In this document: piece after piece, positions 26,275-37,975 of the stretch
Numbering within the stretch: the first letter of the stretch is position 1
Layout of the letters: every line of letters begins with the position of its first letter
Origin: Octopus bimaculoides
Lineage: Eukaryota
Assembly: GCF_001194135.2 (NCBI RefSeq)
Contig: NC_069002.1
Location: 18,069,655 to 18,113,197, forward strand
Direction: 5' to 3'
Length of the DNA stretch: 43,543 nt
Notes under the pieces: model-generated
Told to the model about the DNA's origin: nothing
The model's input: the letters and a program-made list of their open reading frames with translations, nothing else
The model's database searches: none
Position numbers and translations under genes: made by a program

Positions 26275-27210
26275 TATATTCATTCTTCATTTGTTTATTG
26301 CTGTTCTTAATTTAACTCATGTCCATTGTCTGGAAATCTTTTGTCACACATCTGTAACTTCTTCAGCGACACTTTCTGTCCTCATGTGTGCTCTTGCTCT
26401 GCTTAGTCAATTCTGTTCTTCTATACAAGGAACACATGTGATCTACTACATATCGCCCATCAGATGTTCTGAATCACACAGGCAAGTTAGAAGACTGCCT
26501 AGTAAAAATGAAAGGATTTGCCTAAATGTCTCTTTACACGAGATATCAGTATATTAAGTCCCTAATGCAAGCCTTATGTGACAAACCTGTCTCAGAACAC
26601 AAGGCCAATACACAGAAAAACAAGATCCCCAGGGAGAGGAAAATTGTGAGAAAACGAACAAAGATTCCAAACTGCTTATCTCAAAAATAATGAAAAGTTT
26701 GTCTTAAAAAAAAAACACTGATGGAGACAAAGAAAAGTCTGCAACAATACCATGAAAAAGTGAAAGTAGATGAAGTCCAAATTATAAAAAAAACATAAAA
26801 CACTAACACTTTCTCAAATTTTGTCAAAGAATGGCCTCAGTACACATCAAGATAGGGTCCCTCCTCACAGGAAACCCAAGGTAGAAAAATTGTATACTGA
26901 ATGAACAGTTCAAAAGGGTTTTCACTACTTAGTTAGGATAGAGACAAGTGAAGGAACCAGCAGAGTTCGTTACCGCTACACCTGTAACCTGTGAAGCAGT
27001 AATAACTGATATAAACTTCAAAGAAAACGTAATACTGCCCATAGATGAGGTAGAAACAAACTCATCTGCTGGTCCCAATGGATTCCCAGCAATCCTTCAT
27101 AAGTCATGCAAATGAGTACTTGCAAAACTACTGCAGCTTCTTTTTCAGAGCTTTCTTGCAAGCAGTAAGCTCTCAGGCAGACTGAAGGATGGAATAATAT
27201 GCCCTGTTCA

Positions 27211-27427
27211 AGGGCGGTGAGCTGGCAGAATCGGTAGCATGCCGGACGAAATGTTTAGCGGTATTTCGTCTGCCGGTAAGTTCTGAGTTCAAATTCCACA
27301 AAGGTCGACTTTGCCTTTCATCCTTTCAGGGTCGATAATTTAAGTACCAGTTAAATACTGAGTCGATCTAATTGACTAGCCTCCTCCCCAAAAATTTCAG
27401 GCCTTGTGCCTGCTTAGAGTAGAAAAG
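27211..27427 (+). mobile_element. tRNA-derived SINE inserted in the CR1 remnant
   Basis: 15-bp TSD aatatgccctRttca at 27196-27210 and 27428-27442 (one mismatch). A-box tggcagaatcgg and B-box gagttcaaattcc. Confidence 0.9.
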
Positions 27428-27647
27428 AATATGCCCTATTCATAAAGGAGGAAGTAGAGCAGATGCTAAAAACATAGGCCTGTCTCTCTCACCTCACATA
27501 TCAACAAAGTTATGGAACAAATAGTCCAAAGGAAACTAATTGTGTCCCTTGAAGAGAATGGCTTGCTGAATGACACCCAGCATGGTTTTTGACCGGATAG
27601 GAGCTGCCTGACACTGCTTTTATAGCACTACGACCAGGTGTTAAAAT

Positions 27648-29376
27648 GAATCTTTTCTGTTTGGCTGCCAAGATTTCAAAAATCAAAGTTTATTGAACAT
27701 ATGGTACACTTATGCATTTTTCCAACCTGAATTGCTGGAGTTATTTCAGTTTTTCCAGAAAGGTTTTTAAAAATAAGTTCCAGTCAGGAAACAAGATTTG
27801 GAAGCGGTCATTTTGTGCTTGACAGCACATTTTGTCAACATCCTTAAAATAACATTTGTGGTTTTATATGAAACCATAAACAAATGAATTACACATGACA
27901 TAACCCCCTCATAACTTTATTTTTTGGAACTTTTAGAAAATTTTTGCAAATTTGTATTCTACACACAGGACTTCATACAATTATGCCCCATCCCTCAAAA
28001 AAAAAAAAAAAAATTGTGGGGGTATACGATTTAAGGCTTATTTACCTATTATTTTTAGCACACCTGACAAAAAAAAAAAAACGAGTAAACGACACATTTT
28101 TTGTAGTTTTAAGCATTCAATATGCATTTAATGTGATAAACAGCACATTACAAATCAAATATTTCTCAAAATAAGAAACTTATAGCACAAACTTAAAAGA
28201 TTTATCCAAAAACAAAATAGCACATTACAAATATAATATTTTTAAAAAACAAACATCTCAACAATCTTCCCAGGACCAACAACTTTAACTGGATGACAGA
28301 GCAGGTCCAACACACATACTTCCCTAACATAGCTGTTATAATCAACAGCTGCACAATGGTTCATCTACAGTTCTTCAACACAAAACCAGACTGAAGTCAA
28401 CTCTTTAACCCATGAGTAAAGGAAAAACACTACAGTCCTAAGAGGAAGAGTGCCACCCTCCAACTAGGTGTCTTTCCTCACTGACACAGACTCCATGCAT
28501 CCTGGGTATGTGCATCACCAATACATATACCCACCATGACTTCTTGTACTTATAAGATGCTTCTTCGTTTTGTAGAATTTTCTTTTGCAAGTATGAAATC
28601 GCATCCTCCTCTGGTGCATGATTTAAGGCCTATTTGGCTGCTACTTATGACAACCATCTCAATGACTGGTTAGTGGTTGGGGTAACTAAGATGTTACCAC
28701 AAATTTTTGTGTGAGGAATGCAATAAGGAAATGGGACATCATTTTAACATTACCACATTTCTTATTGTTGTGAGTGAAAGCATTGAGCTGCAGTGTCTCT
28801 ATCAAAATATATACAATACTCACATGAAGACTTCATAGAAAATACTGGAGTTAACACAGCTTAAGCAAAACATTTTGTAAATAACAAGTATACGTTGCTG
28901 AACATGTGGTCTGAGAAATAATAGCAGTAGTCATAACATTTCAGTGTAGCTCGTGTATGCTGTCCTGGTGGAGGCAAAGAGAGAGAGAGAGAGATCCGTG
29001 CTTCTTGGCATCATAGCAGTGAGAGAGGGAAAAAAGATCACAACCACCGGAATATATAGATGACAGCTGTGACACTACCTGGTGGTGTTTACCAGCAAAG
29101 GATGTAATTCAGCAAAATAAGCTAGTCTACTACAACATGCTTTCTCACAGACAAAAGTGTTCTTGTGCTTGGCTTGTTACTATGGAAACAGGCATGAATG
29201 TGTCTGTGGCTAACCACAAATTACCCCAAATTTTCAAACTTTAATAGCTAATAACTTATTTATTGATTTATGGCAAAAATGATTTTCATGGCATTGATTA
29301 GCATATAAAAGTGTATCATTACACTGAATATGAAATCAAACAGAAATTGATCTTGGCAGCTAAAATGAAAATATCC
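27648..29376 (-). mobile_element. Merlin (IS1595/ISXO2-related) DNA transposon, internally deleted
   Basis: 8-bp TSD gttaaaat/gttaaaac (27640-27647, 29377-29384) and 27-bp imperfect TIRs (22/27 identical). Minus-strand fragments EEDAISYLQKKIL, SVSVRKDT*LEGG, AVDYNSYVREVC and HPVKVVGPGKIVE stop just before the expected IDES. Confidence 0.8.
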
Positions 29377-32283
29377 GTTAAAACAGTTGTTCAACAACTC
29401 AAATGTGGATATGATATAGCTTGACTTCGCAAAAGCCTTTGGTAAAGTCAACCATGGTATATGTCAAAAGCTATATGATCTCAGTACAGTAGGAAAACTT
29501 GGAGAGTGGCCACATGATTTTTTTAAAAGTTAGAAGCCAGGCAATGGTGGCCAATCTCTTATCTAAGAAATTAGCAACATAAGTAAAACGTTACAATCAG
29601 GAACTATGTCACGTTACTCATTAATACTAAGCAACACACACACACACACACACACACGTATTTTATAAGTGCCATACATGAGACTCGGACCTTCAGTCGG
29701 TTTGATAGCTTTCTGCTGATATTGTGTGTCTACACAGATATGCATTCTGTCATCTGCTGTGGTTCTTTCTCTCTCGTTTCTTTTGCTAAATCTCTCTTTT
29801 TATTTGTGCGCGCACGCATTCTTTTATGTTTCAGCCAGTTGATGCCATACTGGGTCGCGCCTATACACAAACATTTTTTAGGTGTAGGTGCTAGTATCTT
29901 AAAGGGGCTGCTATCAAACTGCAAAAATACATGCAAAGTAAAAAAAAAATGTACTTTCAAAAATCCTCTTTAGTCTATTTGCTAAGTTTTTCTATTTTTT
30001 AAAAATTTGTGAACTGGCAAGGATAAAAAAATTGAATGAAATACTATAAATGTCTTCTTGTTAAAAGTAACGACAACACATCTGGAGTTAAGAGCGAGCT
30101 TTATTTAATTGTTTTCTTATAAATATAGCAACAGCATGTACAAACAAGTGTTTTATAAGCTGAAAACGAATGTCCCAAAAAGATATTACTTGTATGACTA
30201 GACAAGATGAGGAAAACTTATTTAATAAGCAAGGGATCACGATGTTCGGTTTCACTTTCCTATAAATCTTTGGCCTTGAAGCATAGTAAGTCATTATGTC
30301 AGTTTTATAAAGCAAATCAAATTCAGTACTTGTCAATGATGTGTCAAGTGGTACTCAGGAAATGAATTCGTCTATTATACTTCTTCACAGAAGCATAAAC
30401 AAACATTTATACGAAAGTCGTTGAGTGAGAAGTATATTCTCGAAAGCAAAATGCCCTCAATAAGCACTAATATCCTCGAACATTGTTTACAAGATTTCCT
30501 TTTCTGCATCTCATAAAAATCGCTGTTCTAACCTTCGTGTCTTGAGTTCGAACGCGAGCGAGGTTGTTTGTGGTGCCTTTGACGCAATATGGAAAGGAAT
30601 TTGATAAAAGGCTTCAGCTGATATGAAACAAGACAGTTTTACAGAACATTATTACAATGCTGGGTTCGAGTTAAAAGGTTATGTCAACAACCTTACATAA
30701 TCCACTTGTTAAAGGCAAAATAAACCTTCAGCGCTATTATATTGTCATCAATGCAAAAATAAATTCTTTTTCATAGCATTATTTTCCAGATTAGAGTCAA
30801 AACAATTTTAAAAATCGTCTTTATGATATTTAAAAAAATGTTTGCATCTACATTTTTTTCATTGATAAAGATGAGGTAAATAGTCCGATAAAAAATTATA
30901 ACCCGTTTGACAACTCATTTAAAAGTTTTCCAAGTCAATATATTTTCACAACTCAATAGGCTTTGTTTATTAATCGATGTTTTAAAAAAAGTACCCTGCA
31001 ATATCTAGTTGACGTAATAATTTTTTCTATAGGAAAATAAAAACCAGAATTATGTACAGACAAAAGGAGCAATCGTTAACAAACAAGATGTTTAACACCG
31101 AGTCAACCATGAGAATGCAGACATGACCAAAGACACTCAAGCTGTGATCATCTTGATTTTTAGAGGCATCAACGTCTACATTACCCAATGTAACCCCTTA
31201 TTTAAGATAGTAGGATGTAAAGAAATATGGCTGTTGTTTCTGGTAAGTCGATCTACCACGTAGAGGATCTCTCTAATTTCGACTTAAAATTCTGACACTA
31301 CAATCGCGTAATTACAAACTTTTCACAGATAATCTGCAGATCATTCAAATTACTTTTAAGATTTAGCTATCTGTGACTTTGCTTTGATTTTCTGTCAAAT
31401 AAACACGAAATAAAAGAAAAAAACATCAGCGATGATTTTGCTTCTTACATTCAGCATATTTCAATTAACAACCATATGTCAGAGCACGTGTGTGTGTGTG
31501 CGCGCGCAAGCGCTGCAACCACATGCTTCTTCTGGGTGCTGTGTAATAAGCTAGCTACACGTTGCAGAAATGGTCTTTTTGCAAGTAAGCATAACAAATA
31601 TATATATATATATAAGAAATGCTATGACTGAAAGTCCGATATTGTTATCTAAATATTCCTCTCACTGACATTCACACACACAACACACACCCGTTTTACA
31701 CTTGTTGCTAAGTGATTCAACGTTGAATTAGAACCCAACGAACTGCAATGGTTATTTTCCGAGACAGAGTGTTGCTAAGGCTATCTATTTACACACACAC
31801 AAAGAAAGAAAAAAGGTTGCTTGCATATCTTTCGTAGAATGAGTTACTGCAACAAAATATCATCGACCTTGCCAGCGGGAAACGCCCACTGTTTTGAAAT
31901 CGTGTTATATCCTTCCATTGATAATATAATAAACACCTAAACCTGTAATATCACACATATATAGAGGCTATTCATACATATATATATATATATATATCCT
32001 ACATTGACATTTGTTTAATGACCCAAAATATTAGTTTGAGGTACACGACTATATTTGAAAAACATACAACCCATCCCCTTGCCAAATTGCATTGCAATAG
32101 ATTGTTTTAAATTTACAATCTAATTCGTTAAGTGCTATAAAATTTAAAATTCAAACAGTGTTTTGTTTCCTTTTAATATTATTCCATAGATTTCAATGTT
32201 AAACATACAAGTCTCTTAGAGCAGACTTTGCACTCTAAGTACACAGGTAACAGAGAGGGAGTGGATAAATAAATAAAGGTTAC

Positions 32284-32411
32284 CTGTGTGATTGTTTCGT
32301 TTGGAAGATTGGATTTCGCGAAAATACTGAGGAAAAGCTCTCTGTCGACCCGCTCTTGACTTGGAGATATGATATCGTAAATTTCTCGATACAGAGGGGG
32401 AACAGAACCTG
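32284..32411 (-). CDS. SNX8: SNX8-like coding exon 2 (first half of EH-like domain)
   Basis: Polypyrimidine tract then cctgcag|cag|gttct (tandem acceptors; exon starts 32411 or 32408). Encodes (A)GSVPPLYREIYDIISPSQERVDRELFLSIFAKSNLPNETITQ and ends at donor cag|gtaacc, phase 0. Confidence 0.82.
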
Positions 32412-32663
32412 CTGCAGGTGGCAAAAAGAAAAAAAAAAATAAAGACCAGCTTGTTGTCATTCAATGAAACAGGTATGTATACAGACACTCACGATATTAT
32501 GTATGGATGTGTGCACATTCAATAGGGATTTGTAAGCAACAAGTCATCTAATTTATGAATGACAAATGAAGGAAAGATGTTTTTATGTTCACAGGGAAAT
32601 AATTTCTCGTGATCTCAGAAGAAAACATGGGAAATATGAATTCTGTAAAGCCTGACAACTTAC

Positions 32664-32685
32664 CACACGACAGGTCCGACGACAT
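32664..32685 (-). CDS. SNX8: Sorting nexin 8-like gene, coding exon 1 (MSSDLSC+G)
   Basis: Minus strand reads ATG TCG TCG GAC CTG TCG TGT G|gtaagt: start codon plus consensus phase-1 donor. It joins in frame to the phase-1 exon at 32411/32408. The N-terminus resembles invertebrate SNX8 (M-x-x-D-L-x-x-G-S-V-P), recalled from memory. Confidence 0.75.
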
Positions 32686-32800
32686 CTTGAACGTTAAATA
32701 TCATGTGATTGATAAAATGCTGTTAGCTGAAGATTTTTCCCCACCGCTTCGCATTTTCTGCTAAAAGTGCTTATTTTACCTCTTTGCACTCTAAATTCCT
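32686..32800 (-). promoter_or_regulatory. Probable 5' UTR / proximal promoter of the SNX8-like gene
   Basis: Non-repetitive sequence directly upstream of the exon-1 ATG with retained CpGs. The TSS cannot be located from sequence. Confidence 0.3.
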
Positions 32801-33699
32801 GATACATCATATTAAATACATTGCAATTCATTACATACGTAAATACCGCTTCAGTGTTGAACAGCTTTGTCTATACTTTATATTATATACGCATGTATGT
32901 ATGTATTCGAATTAGAAAGCGTCACTGAAAGTTGTAACCATGGAATAGAGATTATCAAAACATTTGAAACAAGGGCAGACTTGTTTACTTGTCCTTTCTG
33001 AGAGAAAATATTACATATCTATATATTATTATTTTAAGTCACAACCGATAAAATATTTCTTGATTTTATTTGTTCCAGGATTTATTATTATGTGATTTCG
33101 TTTTAAGTTGTTATTTATATTGAGAAGAAGAAAAAAAAAATCCTCCTCTCAGGAACCATGCATTGATGTATTGACCTCAACTATCGCTGTTTTCGATCTG
33201 CAACGCACCTGTTCTTTTTCACTAATCAAAGGTAACTCGGTTTACAGTGAATTCTTTACACACACACACATTTATGTGTAACATAAAAGAAAGGAAAGAG
33301 GTTAGTAGAAACATTTAGGCTACGGTTTCAATTCCTGGTTGAAAATTCAGGAACTATTTCATATGAATATCTCATACCTACACAAGTGTCCTACCTCCCG
33401 ACTTTGCTCATAACTTCCAGAAAAATGAATATTGTATAATGAAATTCTATTCAGATGTTGTAGATTCCGATTATATTGGAATTTATTGTAAGGAAAAAAT
33501 TTCCAAGAGTAGGGAGAGGAGTTTCGGAGAATTCACCCGAGACAGCTTTGTTTCCTCATAACTTTCAAAAGAATGTAACTTTAAATTTCAAAAAAAAAAA
33601 AAAAAAATGATGTGTGACAGTATGTATGTGTGCGAGCCCACCAACTTTTTGTCTTTTTTTCATAAGTTATGAGGAAAGGAAGCCGACTCCTCTTTCCGC

Positions 33700-34410
33700 A
33701 GATTAAAAAATCTGTGAGCCAAACTGAATAGATCCGCTGCCTGAGCTCCATGTCTGTTTTGGTTTGATTTCTATATAGCTGGATGCCCTTCCTAACACTA
33801 ACTACTTTATTGTGTGTAGTGGGTGCTTTTACGCAGCACTGGCATGAGTGCTTTATATGGCACCAGCACCTATGATTCCGCAAGATTAGAATCACTCAGC
33901 TGAAGAGGAATGCAGAGGACAGCCACAATTTTACTTAGCCTGACGTGCCTTCTCAAGCACAGCAGGTCTTGGTCCTTTGTCAGCCCCTCTGTGAAGTCCA
34001 GTGTCTGAAGATCCTTTCTCACCACGACATCCCACATCTTCTTGGGTTTACTCATTCCACAATTAGAGATCGGCACTTCCTGATGCAGCTGTCCTCATCC
34101 ATATGCATCACATGACTGTACCACCACAGCCTTCTCTCTTGCACACTAGATTTGAAGCACCATCTACCCAGTTTTTCTCTCAAGTCACTTACACTCCGTC
34201 ATATATGCACAACGACATTAACCATCCAGTGGAGTATGCTGGTTTCATTTCTTTGAAGCCTTTGCATATCCTGTGTAGTCACAGCCCATTTCTCACTGCC
34301 ATGTAGCATAGCTGTTCCTACACAGGCATCATACAATCTGCCTTTCACTCTGAGGCGGAGACCCTTTGTTATTAACAGAAGGAGTAACTTGTTGAACTTT
34401 GCCCAGTTCT
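33700..34410 (-). mobile_element. RTE LINE 3' fragment with 3' UTR
   Basis: KPKKMWDVVVRKDLQTLDFTEG corresponds to GRPRKTW..VV..DL..LGLTE. The tail motif gctggatgcccttcctaac lies at about 33780. Confidence 0.8.
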
Positions 34411-34588
34411 TTCTTATTCTAGCAGCTACGCCTTCAGAACAACCTCCACTATTGCTAACCTGTCACCTAAGTTATGTATATGTAGTGGGCTGGACATGGT
34501 GTGCCATATCAGGTCAATATGATGTAGCCCACTACTGAATGTAGTGTATAGATGTAATGCTTCAAGGTTCTCACGCTGGAGTACCAGT

Positions 34589-34982
34589 TTTTGTTGTTGT
34601 TGTTGGCACTCCGTCGCTTACAACGTCGAGGTTCCAGTTGATCCGATCAACTGAACAGCCTGCTTGTGAAATTAACGTGCAAGTGGCTGAGCACTCCACA
34701 GACACGTGTACCCTTAACGTAGTTCTCGAGGATATTCAGCGTGACACAGTGTGACAAGGCTGACCCTTTGAATTACAGGCACAACAGAAACAGGAAGTAA
34801 GAGTGAGAGAAAGATGTGGTGAAAGAGTACAGTAGGGTTCGCCACCATCCCCTGCTGGAGCCTCGTGGAGTTTTAGGTGTTTTTGCTCAATAAACACTCA
34901 CAACGCCCGGTCTGGGAATCGAAACCGCAATCCTATGACCGCGAGTCCACTGCCCTAACCACTGGGCCATTGCGTCTCCACA
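34589..34982 (-). mobile_element. Full-length tRNA-derived SINE with (AAC)n tail
   Basis: 11-bp TSD ggagtaccagt at 34578-34588 and 34983-34993. The head tggagacgcaatggcccagtggttagggc...gtttcgattccc carries A and B boxes. Confidence 0.88.
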
Positions 34983-35517
34983 GGAGTACCAGTAAACATT
35001 GAAGAATCAACACCAAGAAGGAAGAAATATTATTTACATATGTTTATTCTTTTGCCTGATAGGTAGTTAAAGAGACAGTAGCAATTCTAGTGATAGTGAC
35101 AACAAGGTTGGCTCGCTTAGTAGTTTATAGTGTACAAAGAGGTTGTCTGTCAGTAGAGATTAAAAGAGTAAGGAATGCATGGTGCTGACTAGAAAGGATA
35201 GAGGTGGCATCGTCTTTCTTGCAGCCAAGGAAGGTGCTGCTCTTGGTCATGGTTGATGCAAAAGAGCATGTTGCTCCTTGGTCATAGCTGACACATTAGA
35301 GGAAGAGATAGGAAATTCTCTCTTGTTATATAGACTATGGTCAGTAATGTAGGTCAAACCTTAAAAAAAGGACTGACCTTTCCTTGACCAGCACAAATCC
35401 TAGGGGGTCAAGTGTTTCCTCATCAATCATTTGGTGTGGAGAGGATTTTCCCGCTCGTTTTGACAAGCAACAAGCAGGTGGATTTGGTTTCAAATCTCAG
35501 GCAGGGTCAAGCTAGAT

Positions 35518-35582
<65 letters not shown>

Positions 35583-36164
35583 ACATCATCATCACTTTAG
35601 CATCCACTTTCCCATGCAATTATGGGAAAGTGGCTCATGAACATGGGTGGGTGTAATATTACAATAGCAATTTTGATCTCATATTTTGAAACTTTCTACA
35701 TTTAAAATATTTTCTGTGACTAGGTGCAAAATGAGTTCCAGACCAATTTCACGGAAGAAAAGTAAGTAGATTTAGAGCTCTTCCCTTTTTCATTCCTATG
35801 TATTTATTTTGTATCGCAATTGGTGAACATCACTTTATTGGTTTATTGCATTTCTGATGGTAAGATGGAGAAGGGTATCAGTAACTAAGTACAGAACAAA
35901 TATTGCAAGGAACTTTGTTTGAAAAGCACTAATTTTTCAGTTTCCCCATTGATGAAATAGTTATCCATCCATCTATACACACATCCACCCATTCATTCAT
36001 CTATCCACCCCATACATGTATTAAGAAGATAAGAAATGGATACTTTCTTTCAGAATTAGAAGTCAGTCTAGCACAGGAAATATTCTCAGTAGTCTTGGTA
36101 GCTGTTCATCATATTCGTCACAGCTAAGCAAACTGACACACAATGCACCCACAACTGCTTCTTA

Positions 36165-36310
36165 TTGTGCACAGATATGGCCATGTGATGAAGAAGTTTG
36201 CTTTGCAATCACCTACTTCCAGTTTTAATCCCACTGTGTGAAACCTTGTTCAAGTGTTTTCTGACTCAACCTGGACGAGTGAAACTGAGTGAAGGAAAAC
36301 TCTGTAGATG
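36165..36310 (+). mobile_element. Degenerate SINE head (family of 974-1125)
   Basis: gccatgtgatgaagaagtttgctttgcaatcac...ttttaatcccactgtgtgaaacctt is a diverged copy of that family's head. Confidence 0.5.
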
Positions 36311-36592
36311 CCTAACCAGTCAGTACACTGGTCAAGAAAATTAAATGTTTAATACTCATTATGAATACAAACCAGCTCATTTTTCATGCTGACTTCAAAA
36401 TTTCACTCCTTTTGTATGCAGCATGTATCAGTTTTTCAGTAATTGTATATATGAAATCATTAACATAATAAATAAGGACGTTATTTGTAGAAAGTAAATG
36501 AGTTTATTGCCTTAAAAAATCATCATTATCATTCTACAAAGAGTGAAAACACAAAAAAATGGGTCAGACAAAACAAAGTTAGAACAACAGAG

Positions 36593-36790
36593 TTAGAAAC
36601 ATTGGGATTTGGATTTCCTGTGGCGTTCCTGATCTGATTGATCACGGTAAAGTGTCCAGCAGTAGTCAGCTAAGATACTGTCATTCCAGAAGCCTTGGTA
36701 TCATTTCTCCATAGCACTAATGTCCTGGTGAAATCTTTCACCATTTTCATCAGACACTGCTCCAAGGTTATCTGCGAAGAAATCCAGCAT
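36593..36790 (-). mobile_element. C-terminal transposase fragment, Chapaev3 (CMC)-like
   Basis: Translates LDFFADNLGAVSDENGERFHQDISAMEK*YQGFWNDSILADYCWTLYRD. I recall GAVSDE.GERFHQDI..ME.RYQG.W....ADYCW as the Chapaev3 motif; the family name is from memory. Confidence 0.65.
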
Positions 36791-36879
36791 TGTGATCAGA
36801 TTCCCATTCTAATGACAACCCATCAGTCATAGTTTCTTTCTGTTTTTCTCCCACCTGACCTGGATAACCAGCAAAAAGA

Positions 36880-37637
36880 TGAGGGATCCTGCTTGTCTTC
36901 TCATAAAGTCATAAAAAAAGATTAAGAGCAAGTTTTCTTTGTCTCCATTCATGTTGCAGCCCACCTTCAAGGCCACATGGTCCTTTGCTGTCTTAAAGCT
37001 CCTACCAGTTTTCTTTCAACTCTCGTTGACATATGTACTCCCTGGTAATGCATGAAAGTAGATCCCAGTTTCATCAGCATTGTAGATGTCTTGTGGCTGA
37101 CATGATTTTCAACAGAAGCTGCATGGTTGTCTTGCGAAATTGATGGGCTCATTTGACATCAGCTTCAGATGCGTCACCCACAAAGTAAGACATGTTCAGT
37201 TTGTGTTCTCAAAAGAGAAAAATGTGAACTAGTGAACTACAAAGCTTACTCTTTAGAACTGTAAAAGAGATTTCAACAGTAAAACCAACCTTCAGATGCC
37301 TTAAAATCGTGTCTAGCAGCTTGAGGAATGGTGTTAGCTTTGTGCATTAGGATCAGGTTGTTGACGGGGACATTTTTCGAATGAATGAATTGAAACCAAT
37401 CCTAGAGAGCACAGTCTATCTGCTCTTTCCCGTTTGTTGGCACTTTTTCTTTGATGAACAGCCATTATGTTCTTTGGCATGAAGGTCACCCCCATTCTTT
37501 AGTAAATTCCAGAGCAAACCTCTTGAAATTCCAAAACTCTGTGCTGCTTCCCACTGAGTTGTTTTCCCAAGAGCTCTTCAATGTTCTAACAATTGAATCT
37601 TTTCTGCCATGGATTTGTCTTGCCTTTCTCTTTTCAT
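36880..37637 (-). mobile_element. pogo/Tigger-like transposase remnant
   Basis: N-terminal HTH MKRERQDKSMAEKIQLL...AAQSFGISRG, CENP-B-type FKASEGWF and DDE start QDIYNADETGIYF, with stops and frameshifts. Confidence 0.8.
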
Positions 37638-37710
37638 TTTGAACATTTGGACAACTTGTGTGTGTGTCTTTCTCTCTATGCAAATGAGGAATGACGTGTT
37701 TTTTTAGCCC

Positions 37711-37975
37711 TTAAATATTGAAAGGTAGGCTCCAGCAGCCTCAATCAACCAGCTGTCATGTGGTACACTCCATCATCCAATGAATGAGAAGAGTGCGTAA
37801 TTTTGACAAGATGTGTAGTGGAGCCTGCATTTTTGCTTGAATGACAGGGTTGTGTGGTAGACTCCAGCAGCCGCCACCAGCTACTACATATTTATTGATC
37901 TATTTTTAGATGGTGGAGTGTACCACATGACAGCTGGCTGGCTGTGGCTGCTGGAGCCTACCTGTCAGTATTTAA
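37711..37975. repeat. Foldback: 67-bp inverted arms around a 131-bp spacer
   Basis: 37711-37777 matches the reverse complement of 37909-37975 at 60/67 positions. A partial third copy lies in the spacer at about 37855-37882. Confidence 0.85.

Larger units (their letters stand above)
26500..29570 (+). mobile_element. CR1/L2-group LINE RT remnant, split by a SINE and a Merlin element
   Basis: LNEQFKRVFT, SSAGPNGFPAIL, CPIHKGGSRADAK.YRPVSLTSHINKVMEQIV and QHGF. Removing the insert rejoins HYDQVLK|QLFNNSNVDMI*LDFAKAFGKVNH in frame. Confidence 0.85.

Noticed and set aside
30088-30336. 82-aa minus-strand ORF in SNX8 intron 2
   Set aside because: No recognisable motif or splice context, and exons 2 and 3 already join seamlessly without it.
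31570-31590. ATG GTC TTT TTG CAA|gtaagc, a possible antisense first exon
   Set aside because: A single short motif of a kind expected by chance; no supported downstream plus-strand exon in the matching phase.
20538-32411. Synergin-gamma or Eps15-family identity for the EH-like exons
   Set aside because: The domain starts eight residues after the initiator Met with the DLxxGSVP pattern I associate with invertebrate SNX8, whereas the synergin EH domain is internal. Not fully excluded until PX exons are linked.
34900-34982. tRNA gene-like sequence (also 27211-27300 and 974-1125)
   Set aside because: These are SINE heads: they continue into SINE bodies, two of the three have TSDs, and the cloverleaf is incomplete.
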